A DNA stretch of 59,026 nt, filler included. It is 6 parts of 6 records of this genome, joined end to end, with 100 filler letters (N's around TTAATTAATTAA, not from the genome) between each part and the next. Parts side by side here need not be neighbours in the genome. Positions count along the whole stretch, not along the records: positions 1 to 23,448 come from SRR31156797_5883; 5 more parts are not named here. The stretch is one strand, 5' to 3'. Below the pieces are notes generated by a model that was given only the letters and a program-made list of their open reading frames with translations, was not told where the DNA came from and did not search any database. The position numbers were made by a program, and so were the translations under genes. Below are positions 12,509 through 22,757 of the stretch, in pieces. Position 1 is the stretch's first letter. The number at the start of each line of letters is the position of its first letter.

Positions 12509-13276
12509 CTACCTGCTGATGTGGCATTGGTTACAGTTGTCAGGTCCATACGGGCCAACCTCGTTCTCTTCGTGGCAGGACATGCACTGGTCGTGGAATG
12601 CATTCATGCGTGGAAGAACGAGTTCCCGTGTTTCGGATTCATGGCATTTGTTACAGGAGGTGAAGTCGCCCTCGTATTGAGTCATATCCACTTGAATATG
12701 GCAGGATTTACAGCTTGAGAGGCCTTTATCAAACATGTCTTCATGACAGTTTGCACAGCTTTGATGTCCAGCCAGACGCATGCTCAACAGATCTCCAGAG
12801 TCATCACCTTTGTGGCAGTTGGCACATTTTTGTGGCTCGGGTTCGATTTCTTTGCCGTGATGGCAGTCATAGCAATCGTCTGCGTAGTCTTTGTGTTCTT
12901 CATGATCGAAAATTACTGCTTCATATTCAGTGTGATGACAGCGAACACAGTATGATTCATTAGGAAATGAATCCATGTGGTTGTTTATGTATTCTTCATT
13001 AAATTCGTTGGGATGACATGAGCCGCAATCAAGCGCCTTGTTGTCCTCCATGGTCATTTCATCGGTGCCTTTTTCGTGGTGACACTGAACACAGTTGATT
13101 TGGTAGTCACGATGATGGACGAGGTGGGAAAAGATGACTTTTCCGCCATTGTTCTGGAATAGGATTCGTGCTGGCATCTGTGCTTTTTCACTGGTTTTGA
13201 CGTATCCAATTGCGGACGCTGCCAAGAGTAAAATCGCTGCAAGAATGACCGGAAGTATCTTCGAATTTGAACGCAT
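12509..13276 (-). CDS. dhcA: Periplasmic decaheme cytochrome c (cytochrome c3 family) associated with Rnf
   Basis: N-terminal signal/anchor and ten CxxCH motifs counted; directly upstream of rnfC, as in Desulfovibrio dhcA-rnf operons. Confidence 0.88.
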   Translation of the reverse strand: MRSNSKILPVILAAILLLAASAIGYVKTSEKAQMPARILFQNNGGKVIFSHLVHHRDYQINCVQCHHEKGTDEMTMEDNKALDCGSCHPNEFNEEYINNHMDSFPNESYCVRCHHTEYEAVIFDHEEHKDYADDCYDCHHGKEIEPEPQKCANCHKGDDSGDLLSMRLAGHQSCANCHEDMFDKGLSSCKSCHIQVDMTQYEGDFTSCNKCHESETRELVLPRMNAFHDQCMSCHEENEVGPYGPDNCNQCHISR

Positions 13277-13331
13277 CTTTCCTCTCCGTCGCCTGAGCGC
13301 GACAGCTCAACAGTTAAAAAAAAGTTTTTTA

Positions 13332-13365
13332 TCCTACGGGCGGTCATCAATGACCGCCCGTAGGA
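13332..13365 (-). terminator. Stem-loop (possible leaky terminator) between the transporter and dhcA
   Basis: Perfect 16-bp inverted repeat TCCTACGGGCGGTCAT-ca-ATGACCGCCCGTAGGA, with a T-run about 8 nt downstream on the minus strand. Confidence 0.55.
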
Positions 13366-13374
13366 AGGAGGTGT

Positions 13375-14916
13375 TTATTTAGGCATGACAGCCCAATCCG
13401 GCACGGAGTGGAGATCGATTCCCCAGACAACGGGCAGGAGGTATACGACAAAGATCGTAATTAAGAGGGTTCCTATGATGTTTAACCATAGGCCTGCCTT
13501 GGCCATTTGTTTGATTGATATGCATCCGCTACCGAAGACGACTGCGTTGGGCGGCGTTGCTACGGGGAGCATGAATGCGAAGGAAGCGGCAACACATGCA
13601 CCTACGATAGTTGCATAGGGATGGACTCCCATTGCAATAGCGGCGCTACCCATGATCGGGACAAGGAGTGTTGCTGTGGCTGTATTGGAAGTAATTTCCG
13701 TTAGGAAGATGGTAATCAGTACAACTGCTCCGACGAACACCATGATGCTCGTTCCTTCAAGACCACCAAGCTGGGAGGCGATAAAAGTTGCCAAGCCGGT
13801 TTTGGCAAAGCCGTTGGCAATAGCCAGACCACCACCGAAAAGCAGGATTACATCCCAAGGAATTTTGACGGCGGTTTTCCAATCCAGAAGGAATTCACCT
13901 TTTTTGAAGTTGGTCGGAATGGCGAACAAGATTAAGGCGCCAAGGATACCGATTGTGGCATCGTGGATGTATCCGAAGTTCGGCATGATATCGAGAACGA
14001 AAGGAGCTTTTTTCAGGAAACCGCGGGCCAACCAGAATGTGGCGACAAAACACCCGACCACAACGATTTTCTTTTCTTCGGAAGACATGACGCCAAGCTT
14101 GCGAACTTCTTCATCGATGATTTCTTTACCACCAGCGAGTTTCATATTTCCCATGGGGAAAAGAAGCCTGGTGAGTACGACCCATGAGATGGCAAGCATG
14201 AGGACGGAAAGCGGTACACCAAACATCATCCATTGACCAAAACCGATTTCAACGCCGAACAATTTATCGATCATACCGACCATGATGGTGTTGGGGGGAG
14301 TACCGATAATGGTTGCAACGCCACCCATTGAGGCTGCGTAAGCAATACCAAGCATCAGACATTTACCGAAGTTTGATTCTGGACCGGTGGTTGCACATGC
14401 ACGCAGGGTTTTGGAGTCAAAACCTGTGGCCTGTTGGATGACGGCAAGCCCGATGGGGACCATCATCATAGTCGTCGCCGTATTGGAAACCCACATGGAC
14501 AGGAAGGCTGTGGCGATCATGAATCCAAGAATCATTCTGCCTGGACTGGTACCAACCATTCGAATGGTATGGACGGCAACCCGTTTGTGCAGGTTCCATC
14601 TTTCCATGGTGACTGCGAGGAAGAAACCACCCATGAACAGGTATATCAGATGGTTGGCATAGGGGGCAGTAGCAGCCTTTGATTTCATGATGCCGAGCAA
14701 TGGAAACAAGGCGATGGGCAAAAGGGATGTCGCCGGAATGGGAATCGCTTCCGTAATCCACCAGATTGCCATGAACACTGTTACTGCGGCGACCCGCCAA
14801 GCTTCAACCTTCATTCCCTCAGGGGCAGGAAGGAGAAGCATTAATGCAAAGACGATGGGGCCTAGAAAGAACCCTACCATCCTGCCTTTTCCGCTTTCCT
14901 CTGCTGCTGCACTCAT
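13375..14916 (-). CDS. DASS/SLC13 family Na+:dicarboxylate symporter
   Basis: WWITEAIP, MWVSNTAT and EITSNTAT (SNT motifs), IGTPPN, MLPVATPPNA; lies in a fumarate/malate cluster. Confidence 0.92.
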   Translation of the reverse strand: MSAAAEESGKGRMVGFFLGPIVFALMLLLPAPEGMKVEAWRVAAVTVFMAIWWITEAIPIPATSLLPIALFPLLGIMKSKAATAPYANHLIYLFMGGFFLAVTMERWNLHKRVAVHTIRMVGTSPGRMILGFMIATAFLSMWVSNTATTMMMVPIGLAVIQQATGFDSKTLRACATTGPESNFGKCLMLGIAYAASMGGVATIIGTPPNTIMVGMIDKLFGVEIGFGQWMMFGVPLSVLMLAISWVVLTRLLFPMGNMKLAGGKEIIDEEVRKLGVMSSEEKKIVVVGCFVATFWLARGFLKKAPFVLDIMPNFGYIHDATIGILGALILFAIPTNFKKGEFLLDWKTAVKIPWDVILLFGGGLAIANGFAKTGLATFIASQLGGLEGTSIMVFVGAVVLITIFLTEITSNTATATLLVPIMGSAAIAMGVHPYATIVGACVAASFAFMLPVATPPNAVVFGSGCISIKQMAKAGLWLNIIGTLLITIFVVYLLPVVWGIDLHSVPDWAVMPK

Positions 14917-15032
14917 GTTTACCTCCTAATATATTGGCAAAAAAGCCGTATTGATGATTGTAATCCCAGTCTTGAAACTCCCGGAACCCGAGAGCCGGGC
15001 AGGTCCGCAACAACCCTGCCCGGTAAGAGGGG

Positions 15033-16352
15033 TTAGATACCGAGATCGTATGAATCGACGAAAGCTCCCACGCGAGCGGAGGAGTCTGCAATACGCTGAC
15101 GCAGTTCCTTCTTGTATTCATCAAGATCAATCTTTTTGCGTGCGACACCTGTATCCATGGCAGCCTTGGCAACAGCCACGGAAACATATTCAATCAGCCG
15201 CAGGTCAAGAGCCTTGGGGATGATGTAGTCAATGCCGAATTCAAGCTTGTCGACTCCAAAGGCTTCGCAGACGTATGCCGGGGCAGGCTCTTTGGCGAGA
15301 TCGGCCAGTGCTTGCGCTGCAGCAAGTTTCATCTCTTCATTGATGGCTGTGGCGCCGACATCAAGAGCGCCTCGGAAGATGAACGGGAATCCGAGAACGT
15401 TGTTTACCTGATTGGGGAAGTCTGAACGTCCGGTACCCATGATGGCGTCAGGACGAGCTTCTTTGGCATCGGTGTAGGAGATTTCCGGATCAGGGTTGGC
15501 GCAGGCGAAGATAATCGGGCTGTCTGCCATGGATTTGACCATTTCTTTGGAAACCATGTCCTTGACGGACAGGCCGAGGAAACAATCAGCTCCTTCCATG
15601 GCCTCTGCCAGAGAGCCGTATTCTTTTTCTGTGGCGTAAGCTTGTTTGGTCTCATTGAGGTCTGTACGGCTTTTATTGATATGGCCGCGTGAGTCGAACA
15701 TGGCGATGTTTTCGGGAAGGACACCCATACCTTTGTACAAGTTGGTACAGGCGATAGCTGCTGCGCCTGCGCCGGAGATGACAACGCGCATGCCTTCAGC
15801 TCTTTTGCCGGAGATTTCCAAGGCGTTCATCATACCGGCAGCTGTCACGATAGCGGTGCCGTGCTGATCGTCATGAAAGACGGGGATATTCATCTCTTTT
15901 TTTAATTTTTCTTCAATATAGAAGCATTCTGGGGCCTTGATGTCTTCAAGATTGATGCCGCCAAAAGTCGGTTCCATGGCCTTGACTATTTCAATGATTT
16001 TGTCAGGATCGGAAACGTCGAGGTTGATATCAAAGACATCCACATCAGCGAAAACTTTGAACAGTACACCTTTACCTTCCATAACTGGCTTGCCTGCGGC
16101 TGCACCTATATTGCCGAGACCAAGAACAGCCGTTCCGTTGGACACGACGGCGACCAGATTGCCGCGAGCGGTGTACTCGAAGGATTTTGATTCGTCTTCA
16201 GCTATTTCCAGACAGGAGTGGGCAACACCGGGGCTATATGCCATGGACAGGTGCTTTTGAGTGACGCACGGTTTGACAGGAACAACTTCAATTTTACCTT
16301 TTCTCCCCATGGAGTGAAAATCGAGAGCTTCTTGTTTGGTGAATAAGGCCAT
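15033..16352 (-). CDS. Malic enzyme, MaeB-type without the PTA domain (probably NADP-dependent)
   Basis: [44 protein letters not shown] and NQVNN motifs. Confidence 0.92.
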   Translation of the reverse strand: MALFTKQEALDFHSMGRKGKIEVVPVKPCVTQKHLSMAYSPGVAHSCLEIAEDESKSFEYTARGNLVAVVSNGTAVLGLGNIGAAAGKPVMEGKGVLFKVFADVDVFDINLDVSDPDKIIEIVKAMEPTFGGINLEDIKAPECFYIEEKLKKEMNIPVFHDDQHGTAIVTAAGMMNALEISGKRAEGMRVVISGAGAAAIACTNLYKGMGVLPENIAMFDSRGHINKSRTDLNETKQAYATEKEYGSLAEAMEGADCFLGLSVKDMVSKEMVKSMADSPIIFACANPDPEISYTDAKEARPDAIMGTGRSDFPNQVNNVLGFPFIFRGALDVGATAINEEMKLAAAQALADLAKEPAPAYVCEAFGVDKLEFGIDYIIPKALDLRLIEYVSVAVAKAAMDTGVARKKIDLDEYKKELRQRIADSSARVGAFVDSYDLGI

Positions 16353-16378
16353 TTTTATCTCCTTGGATAACGGTTTTT

Positions 16379-16936
16379 TTATTTGAGGCCGGCAGCTTTG
16401 CGATCGGGGACGGCGTAGAGTTCTCCACCATGGGCGTCGTTGATGACGAGCAGGGGGAAGTCTGTGACTTTCATTTCACGAACGGCCTCCGGGCCGAGTT
16501 CGTCAAAGGCGATGACTGTTGATTTGGTGATGGAATTGGACAGAAGCGCTCCTGCGCCACCTGTCGCGCCGAAGTAAACGGCTGTGTGGTCCTGCATGGC
16601 CTGACGTGTTTCGTCATTTCGTTTACCTTTGCCGATGGTAGCCTTGAGGCCGAGGCTATAAAGACGCGGGGCATAGGAATCCATACGATAACTGGTTGTC
16701 GGACCGGCTGCGCCGATGGGGCGTCCCGGAGGGGCCGGGCTGGGACCAACATAGTAGATTGCAGCACCTTCAAGGGCGAAAGGGAGTTCCTTGCCTGCGT
16801 CCAGCAGATCCACAAGTTTTTTGTGGGCAGCATCGCGGGCGGAGTAGATGGTGCCAGAGAGGAATACGACATCGCCAGCCACAAGCTGTTTCATGTCTTC
16901 GTCTGTCAGCGGGGTATTCAGTTTATATTCAGCCAT
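16379..16936 (-). CDS. Fe-S hydro-lyase (class I fumarase) beta subunit
   Basis: ARDAAHK, YYVGP, GPTTSYRMD, IGKG and ELGPEA. Start re-assigned to the ATG at 16936, which overlaps the alpha-subunit stop (TAATG). Confidence 0.9.
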   Translation of the reverse strand: MAEYKLNTPLTDEDMKQLVAGDVVFLSGTIYSARDAAHKKLVDLLDAGKELPFALEGAAIYYVGPSPAPPGRPIGAAGPTTSYRMDSYAPRLYSLGLKATIGKGKRNDETRQAMQDHTAVYFGATGGAGALLSNSITKSTVIAFDELGPEAVREMKVTDFPLLVINDAHGGELYAVPDRKAAGLK

Positions 16937-17775
16937 TAGAGTACGACCTCCTCGTGCCGCTGGGAGTGACACTGGATGTTTACGGCCAAGGGGAGACTTG
17001 CCAGATGGCAGGGATCGACAGCCATTTTCACACTGAGAGCAGTGGTTTTTCCGCCGAGGCCCATGGGACCGATGCCGAGTTTGTTGATGGCATCTTCGAG
17101 TTCCTTTTCCTTGGCTGCGATATCCGGATCAGGATGAGTGTCATCCAGTCGGCGCATGAGGGACTTTTTGGCAATGATGGATGCATGTTCAAAGGTGCCG
17201 CCGATGCCGAGGCCTACAACGATCGGAGGGCAGGGGTTTGGACCGGCTTCAGCCACACGGTTGATGACAAATTCCTTGATACCTTCCCAGCCTTGTGCTG
17301 GTGCCAACATGGTGCAACGACTCATGTTCTCACTGCCGCCGCCTTTTGCCATATAGACAATTTTCAGCGTGTCACCGGGGACGAAATCAAAGTGAATGAT
17401 TGCGGGAGTGCCATCGCCTGTATTGGCCCGACTGAACGGGTCGCAAGCGGATTTTCGCAGAAAACCATCGGCATACCCTTTACGAACACCTTCGTTGATG
17501 ACTTCACGGAGATTGCCTCCGTCAATGCGAACGTCGTCGCCGACTTCAACAAAGAGGACGGCAAGGCCGCAATCCTGACAGAGGGGGAGTTTTGTACTTT
17601 TGGCAAGGTCTGCATTTTCCAGAAGTTGGCGCAGGACTTCCTTTGCGGAGTCACTGGTCTCTTTGGCCATCGCCTGTTCGAGTTTGGTGCGGACATCGCT
17701 CGGCAGCTCTGTATTTGCCTTGATGCACATGTTTGCCACGGCATCGACTATTTCGCTGGTTTTGATTGTGCGCAT
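16936..17775 (-). CDS. Fe-S hydro-lyase (class I fumarase) alpha subunit
   Basis: PLCQDCG, KGGGSEN, PNPCPP, GIGPMGLGG, CHLASLP and QCHS motifs. Confidence 0.9.
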   Translation of the reverse strand: MRTIKTSEIVDAVANMCIKANTELPSDVRTKLEQAMAKETSDSAKEVLRQLLENADLAKSTKLPLCQDCGLAVLFVEVGDDVRIDGGNLREVINEGVRKGYADGFLRKSACDPFSRANTGDGTPAIIHFDFVPGDTLKIVYMAKGGGSENMSRCTMLAPAQGWEGIKEFVINRVAEAGPNPCPPIVVGLGIGGTFEHASIIAKKSLMRRLDDTHPDPDIAAKEKELEDAINKLGIGPMGLGGKTTALSVKMAVDPCHLASLPLAVNIQCHSQRHEEVVL

Positions 17776-17777
17776 GA

Positions 17778-18518
17778 TTATTTCTTCCTGAAGATTTCTT
17801 TGATTGCTGTGATGCCCATCTTGCGGCGGAGGAAACCGAGTTGATCTTGCAGCGGCAGCCCTTTAGGGCAAACGTCTTCACAGGCCAGGAGGCCCATGCA
17901 GCCGAATATCCCGTTATCATTGCCGATGATTTCAAAGTATTGATCGTCAGAGCGTTCATCTCTGGGGTCAACGACAAATCGGGCAATACGGTTTAGGGCC
18001 GCTGCCCCCATGAAATCATCCCGCAGGCGGGCGGTTCCACAGGCAGAGACACAACAGCCGCATTCGATGCAGCGTTCGAGTTCATAGATTTGGTTGGCTA
18101 CTTTGTCGTCCATGCGCTCTTCTTCCTTGGTCGGATCGAATGTCTTGGACGTGTGAACCCATGATTCAGTTTTGTCGTACATTTCTCTGAACCAGACACC
18201 CGTATCGACGGAGAGGTCTCCGACGAGTTTGAAGACGGGCAGGGGGTGCAATGTAATCTTGGTGGGTTGATCTTTTGTTTTGGTCTGACATGCCAGCCCC
18301 GGACGACCATTGATGACCATGGCGCACGCACCACAGATGCCCGCACGACAACAGAAGTCGAAGATGAGGCTTGGGTCCTGTTCTTCACGTAATCTATTCA
18401 GAGCAATGAACAGGGTCATGTTCGGGGTTTCATCAAGGGTGTAGGTCTGCATGTGCGGGACCTCTCCCTTTTTTTCTGGATTATACCGGAATATTTCGAA
18501 TTTTATTTCTCTACCCAT
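17778..18518 (-). CDS. frdB: Fumarate reductase iron-sulfur subunit
   Basis: CRAGICGAC [2Fe-2S], CIECGCCVSAC and CMGLLACEDVCP. Confidence 0.95.
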   Translation of the reverse strand: MGREIKFEIFRYNPEKKGEVPHMQTYTLDETPNMTLFIALNRLREEQDPSLIFDFCCRAGICGACAMVINGRPGLACQTKTKDQPTKITLHPLPVFKLVGDLSVDTGVWFREMYDKTESWVHTSKTFDPTKEEERMDDKVANQIYELERCIECGCCVSACGTARLRDDFMGAAALNRIARFVVDPRDERSDDQYFEIIGNDNGIFGCMGLLACEDVCPKGLPLQDQLGFLRRKMGITAIKEIFRKK

Positions 18519-18545
18519 GATACGTTCCTTTTTTGATCCGGGTTA

Positions 18546-20423
18546 TTACTTCTTGCCAATTTTTGTGACAGGGCTTTTGACGGTGCGATCCTTCACGTAT
18601 TTTTCGTCTGCGGGAATAATCGTTCCACCGCCGTATCCGCGGTCACCCGGGGGCAGTTCGAAAACAGGTGTGGTGTCTTCGTAGCTGAGTTCAGGCATGT
18701 CGGCTTTTTCTGGCCAGTATGCCAGCGTACGATTGAGCCAGTCCTGATCATTGCGTTCGGGGTAGTCTTCGCGGTTGTGAGAACCTCGGGATTCAGTACG
18801 CACCATTGCTGCCTGGGCAATGCACAGGGCGAGTTTGACCTGTCCTTGAATCTTGAGTGCGGCGGCCAATTCGTGGTTGGGACCTGCACCGTCAGAAACA
18901 AGGCTGACTTTTTTAGATTTTTCGAGAGTCTTTTGTAGTGTTTCAACGCATTCTTCCAAGCCGTCCTGATTACGGAAGACAAAGCAGCCTTTCATCAGGG
19001 CTTCCTGCATTTCATTACGCACGTCGTAGACATTCAATTTGCCGTTACGACCGTGGATAAGATCGTGAATGCGTTTTTCCTGTTTTTTGACTTCTGCGTT
19101 GATGGTTTTGGTATCGAACTTTGTTTCATATCCCTGAAGGAATTCAACAATTTTAGTTCCGATAATACCACCGGCCACGACAGTTTCCGCCAGAGAGTTT
19201 CCGCCCAAACGGTTGAAGCCGTGCATATCCCAACAAGCTGCCTCACCTGCGGAGTAAAGACCCTTGAGACCATAGACCGCGCCGTCCTTATTGGTACGGA
19301 TTCCAGCCATGGTATAATGCTGTGTTGGACGAACTGGGATGAGTTCCGTGCGCGGGTCAACACCAAGGAAGTGATGACAAATTTCATCTACTTCACGGAG
19401 CTTGGTGGAGATATGTTTGTCTCCGAGGTGTCGGATATCGAGCCAGAGATGCTCGCCATAAGGGCTTTTTACGCCTTTGCCCTCACGCATGTGATGGGTC
19501 ATCCAGCGAGAAACAACATCACGAGAAGCGAGTTCGGCCTTATCCGGCTCATAGATGTGCATGAAGCGTTCTTCGTTGCAGTCGAGCAGGGTTCCACCGT
19601 CACCACGACAGCCTTCGGTCACGAGGATGTCCGTGGGAACAATTCCGGTGGGGTGGAACTGAATGGATTCAGGGTTGCCGATGGGAACGACGCCTGTGTC
19701 GTGGGCTATAATGTGTCCGCCGCCATCACAAATGACCGCGTTGGTCGTAGCTTTATAGATGCGGCCGAAACCGCCGGTACAGATGGCGGTCGCCTTGGCG
19801 AGATAGGTTTCAAGCTGACCGGTCCGCAGGCAACGAACAACAGCGCCCATGCAGGTTTCGCCGTCTTGAATCAGGGCAATGGCTTCTTTTTTATCGAAGA
19901 CATCAATGCCAAGTTCGGCACAACGGTTGTCCATGGTACACATAACTGCGTGGCCAGTACCATCAGACGTGAAGCAGGTGCGCCATTTGGCAGTACCACC
20001 GAATGAACGAGCTGTAATCAACCCTTCATTTTCTTTCTTTTCAAATTTTTCAAATTTTTCTCCACCCTTGAAGAAAAATGATTTGCCGGGAATGACGCGG
20101 TTCCACGGTACACCCCAGTGTGCGAGGCGGCGCATTTCGATAGGGGCATTGTCTGCAAAAAGTCGAGCAACTTCCTGATCGCACCCCCAGTCAGAACCTT
20201 TGACTGTATCAATGAAATGGACGTCAGGCCCATCGCCTTCACCTTTTGCAGAATTGCCGAGTGCAGCTTGCATTCCGCCCTGTGCGGCAGAAGAGTGAGA
20301 ACGTCTTGCCGGAACAATGGACAAGCAGGTAGCTTTAAAACCGCTTTGTGCAGCCTCACAAGCGACACGCTCTCCAGCCAGGCCAGCACCAATAACGAGC
20401 AGATCTGAATAGTACGTTTGCAT
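18546..20423 (-). CDS. frdA: Fumarate reductase flavoprotein subunit
   Basis: GAGLAG, RSHSSAAQGG (covalent FAD His), QFHPT, TEGCRGDGG, ELASRD and HGFNRLGGNSL. Confidence 0.96.
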   Translation of the reverse strand: MQTYYSDLLVIGAGLAGERVACEAAQSGFKATCLSIVPARRSHSSAAQGGMQAALGNSAKGEGDGPDVHFIDTVKGSDWGCDQEVARLFADNAPIEMRRLAHWGVPWNRVIPGKSFFFKGGEKFEKFEKKENEGLITARSFGGTAKWRTCFTSDGTGHAVMCTMDNRCAELGIDVFDKKEAIALIQDGETCMGAVVRCLRTGQLETYLAKATAICTGGFGRIYKATTNAVICDGGGHIIAHDTGVVPIGNPESIQFHPTGIVPTDILVTEGCRGDGGTLLDCNEERFMHIYEPDKAELASRDVVSRWMTHHMREGKGVKSPYGEHLWLDIRHLGDKHISTKLREVDEICHHFLGVDPRTELIPVRPTQHYTMAGIRTNKDGAVYGLKGLYSAGEAACWDMHGFNRLGGNSLAETVVAGGIIGTKIVEFLQGYETKFDTKTINAEVKKQEKRIHDLIHGRNGKLNVYDVRNEMQEALMKGCFVFRNQDGLEECVETLQKTLEKSKKVSLVSDGAGPNHELAAALKIQGQVKLALCIAQAAMVRTESRGSHNREDYPERNDQDWLNRTLAYWPEKADMPELSYEDTTPVFELPPGDRGYGGGTIIPADEKYVKDRTVKSPVTKIGKK

Positions 20424-20433
20424 TGAATGATCC

Positions 20434-21084
20434 TCACTGACCTAATGTTACAAAGCGAATCAGCGTGGCGATGCCGATGACCATGAACATGGCGAACAGT
20501 GTCGACTCGAGCTTTTTGAAGCCCTTGCGCTTATCTGATTTGATGAAGCCCCATTTCACTGCGATACGATAAAATCCGACGCTGACGTGGAGTTCGACAC
20601 AGGGAAGCAGGAGCATATAAAAAATAAACCACCAGAATTGTTGCATGCGTGCTGCAGACTTCATGGCGGTGATAGGGAGATCATTCAGGACGACCCACAT
20701 GTGGATGGCACCGAGGATCAGGATGATCATTGCTGTTCCAGCCTGAACAACCCAGAGCCATGTGTCCCGATGTTTGAGCATTTTGGCGTGTTGCCAGATC
20801 GTTGATTGACCTTCTACACGGAAGGGAATCTTACGAGCTGCAAGAACGAAGTGGACCAGGAATGTCAGAAAGATAATTGGTCCTCCCACCTGGGCCATGT
20901 ATGTGACCTCAAAAAAATTGGCGATGGCATTCATGATGCTCGGCGAGATAACTACGGAAGATACGAGCAGCATATGACACCACATGAAGAGGATGAGTCC
21001 TGCACCCGTAAGCATCTGTAGCCAGTCTAGGCCAGCATCGACACGGGACAGTCCTGGAACTGATGTTGTGTGGTTTTTCATCAT
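20434..21084 (-). CDS. frdC: Fumarate reductase cytochrome b subunit (Wolinella-type, five TM helices)
   Basis: Hydrophobic helices with His ligands (WCHM, VHFV, IHMW, LHVSVGFYR); first gene of frdCAB. Confidence 0.9.
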   Translation of the reverse strand: MMKNHTTSVPGLSRVDAGLDWLQMLTGAGLILFMWCHMLLVSSVVISPSIMNAIANFFEVTYMAQVGGPIIFLTFLVHFVLAARKIPFRVEGQSTIWQHAKMLKHRDTWLWVVQAGTAMIILILGAIHMWVVLNDLPITAMKSAARMQQFWWFIFYMLLLPCVELHVSVGFYRIAVKWGFIKSDKRKGFKKLESTLFAMFMVIGIATLIRFVTLGQ

Positions 21085-21273
21085 TTGTTCACCTGTTGTT
21101 CAAAAATTGTAACGAAACTGGCTTTGGCCATGACCTCTTGTCGGGTGTTTTGCGTGGTAAGCTGATTATTGTGGTGATGGTGTGAACCTGAATAGCGACA
21201 TGTTTTAGACGTATTCATTACCCACCCGTATCCCAACCTCCTCATTGTTGAATGGATTCAATAGGGAGGTAAA

Positions 21274-21289
21274 AGCAACAGCTGTGCCA
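21274..21289 (-). promoter_or_regulatory. Sigma54 (-24/-12) promoter for the frdC-led operon
   Basis: The minus strand reads TGGCACAGCTGTTGCT, matching TGGCAC-N5-TTGC. The adjacent gene encodes a sigma54 activator. Confidence 0.85.
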
Positions 21290-21353
21290 TAGCTTTATTT
21301 GAAATAAAGCTTAGTTATTTCGAAGTATTAGCTTTCTGAAAGGAGAGGGGTGA

Positions 21354-21398
21354 GCGGATTTTCGCTGATGTCGAAAAGGGATATCAGCGAAAATCCGC
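21354..21398. promoter_or_regulatory. Tandem DctD-type enhancer (UAS) sites; may also act as the hairpin after dctD
   Basis: GCGGATTTTCGC (21354-21365) and GCGAAAATCCGC (21387-21398) are 33 bp apart and form a 16-bp inverted repeat. They resemble the rhizobial DctD site GCGGAAATCCGC. Confidence 0.65.
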
Positions 21399-21408
21399 CG
21401 AGAGATGT

Positions 21409-22755
21409 TTACTGGCGTTTTAAGTCGTACTTAGACATTTTTTCATTGAGAGTTCTTCGGGGAATACAGAGATCGTCAATGACTTTTTTGATGTTGCCTC
21501 CGTGCCGTGCGAGAGATTCCTTAATGAGATGCCGTTCAAAAAGATTGACTTGATCTTTAAGGCTGATGGAGGAAGTGCATTCCCCTGAAACCGAATTAGA
21601 CAGTATTTGTGGAATACGTTCTTGGGACGGAAGTGCTGATAAGACATACCTTTCAGTCATACTTTTGAGTTCTCGAACGTTTCCGGGCCAGTCGTAACTG
21701 AGCAAGATCGCGAGACTTTGAGGAGTCGCACTGTCAGCGGAGGTGCCATAAGTGTCTGCGGCCTGTTCCAAAAAGAATGAAAAGAGCAGGGGAATGTCAT
21801 CCTTTCGTTCTCTTAGTGGTGGGACAATTAATTCAACAGTATTCAAGCGAAAGTATAGGTCTTCGCGGAGTCGACCTTCTTTAATGGCTTTTTGTGGGGA
21901 TTCATTCATGGCAGAAAGTAGCCGAAATTCAACAGGTCTTGAAGTGTTGGACCCCAGTCTTGTTATTTCTTTATGTTCTAGTGCTCTCAGGAGTTTTCCT
22001 TGAACATCCATAGGCATGGAGCTGAGTTCATCGAGAAAAAGAGTGCCTCCGTTTGCAGCCTCCAATTTGCCAATGCGTTTGCCTTGAGCGCCTGTGAATG
22101 CACCAGATTCATGACCAAACAGTTCACTTTCAGCCATGTTTACAGGAATGGCTGCGCAGTTAAGGGCAAGATAATTTTTTTTATTGCGATGACTCAATTT
22201 ATGAATTGATCGCGCAACAACTTCCTTGCCGGTTCCGGTTTCCCCGAGGATTAAAACATTGGCAATGGTCGGGGCAATATGTGTCATCTCTTTTTTTAGA
22301 CTACGCATGGGAACACTGGAACCAACGAGTCGGGAGTCTAGCCCTTCACTGTCAACAAGTGCTTGTTTAAGTTGTCGGTTTTCAATAACAAGTTGTCTTT
22401 TCTCAAGGGCGCGTTTGATGGTCTCTATAATACGTTCAGGATCAAATGGTTTTTCTACGAAGTCGTAAGCGCCGCCACGAATGGCTTCTACGGCCATGGC
22501 AATATCCCCGTGGCCGGTAAAAAGGACCACTGGAATACCCCGGTCTACTTCTGCTATTTTTTTTTGGAATTCCAAGCCGTCGAGTCCAGGCATTTTGACG
22601 TCCGAAAGGACGATGCCTTCGTAATTTTTTGTGATGGTTGTGAGAGCTTTGCTTGCATCTTCGAAGCTCAACACTTCAAATCCGGATAGCTCAAGCCATT
22701 GCCGGGCGGAATCGCGCACAGATTTTTCATCATCAACAAGAGTGACCTTATTCAT
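21409..22755 (-). CDS. dctD: Sigma54-dependent response regulator, DctD-like
   Basis: REC domain (DD, SDVKMP, TGHG, KPF), AAA+ GETGTGKE, ESELFGHESGAFTGA, WPGNVREL, C-terminal HTH. Confidence 0.9.
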   Translation of the reverse strand: MNKVTLVDDEKSVRDSARQWLELSGFEVLSFEDASKALTTITKNYEGIVLSDVKMPGLDGLEFQKKIAEVDRGIPVVLFTGHGDIAMAVEAIRGGAYDFVEKPFDPERIIETIKRALEKRQLVIENRQLKQALVDSEGLDSRLVGSSVPMRSLKKEMTHIAPTIANVLILGETGTGKEVVARSIHKLSHRNKKNYLALNCAAIPVNMAESELFGHESGAFTGAQGKRIGKLEAANGGTLFLDELSSMPMDVQGKLLRALEHKEITRLGSNTSRPVEFRLLSAMNESPQKAIKEGRLREDLYFRLNTVELIVPPLRERKDDIPLLFSFFLEQAADTYGTSADSATPQSLAILLSYDWPGNVRELKSMTERYVLSALPSQERIPQILSNSVSGECTSSISLKDQVNLFERHLIKESLARHGGNIKKVIDDLCIPRRTLNEKMSKYDLKRQ

Positions 22756-22757
22756 GG

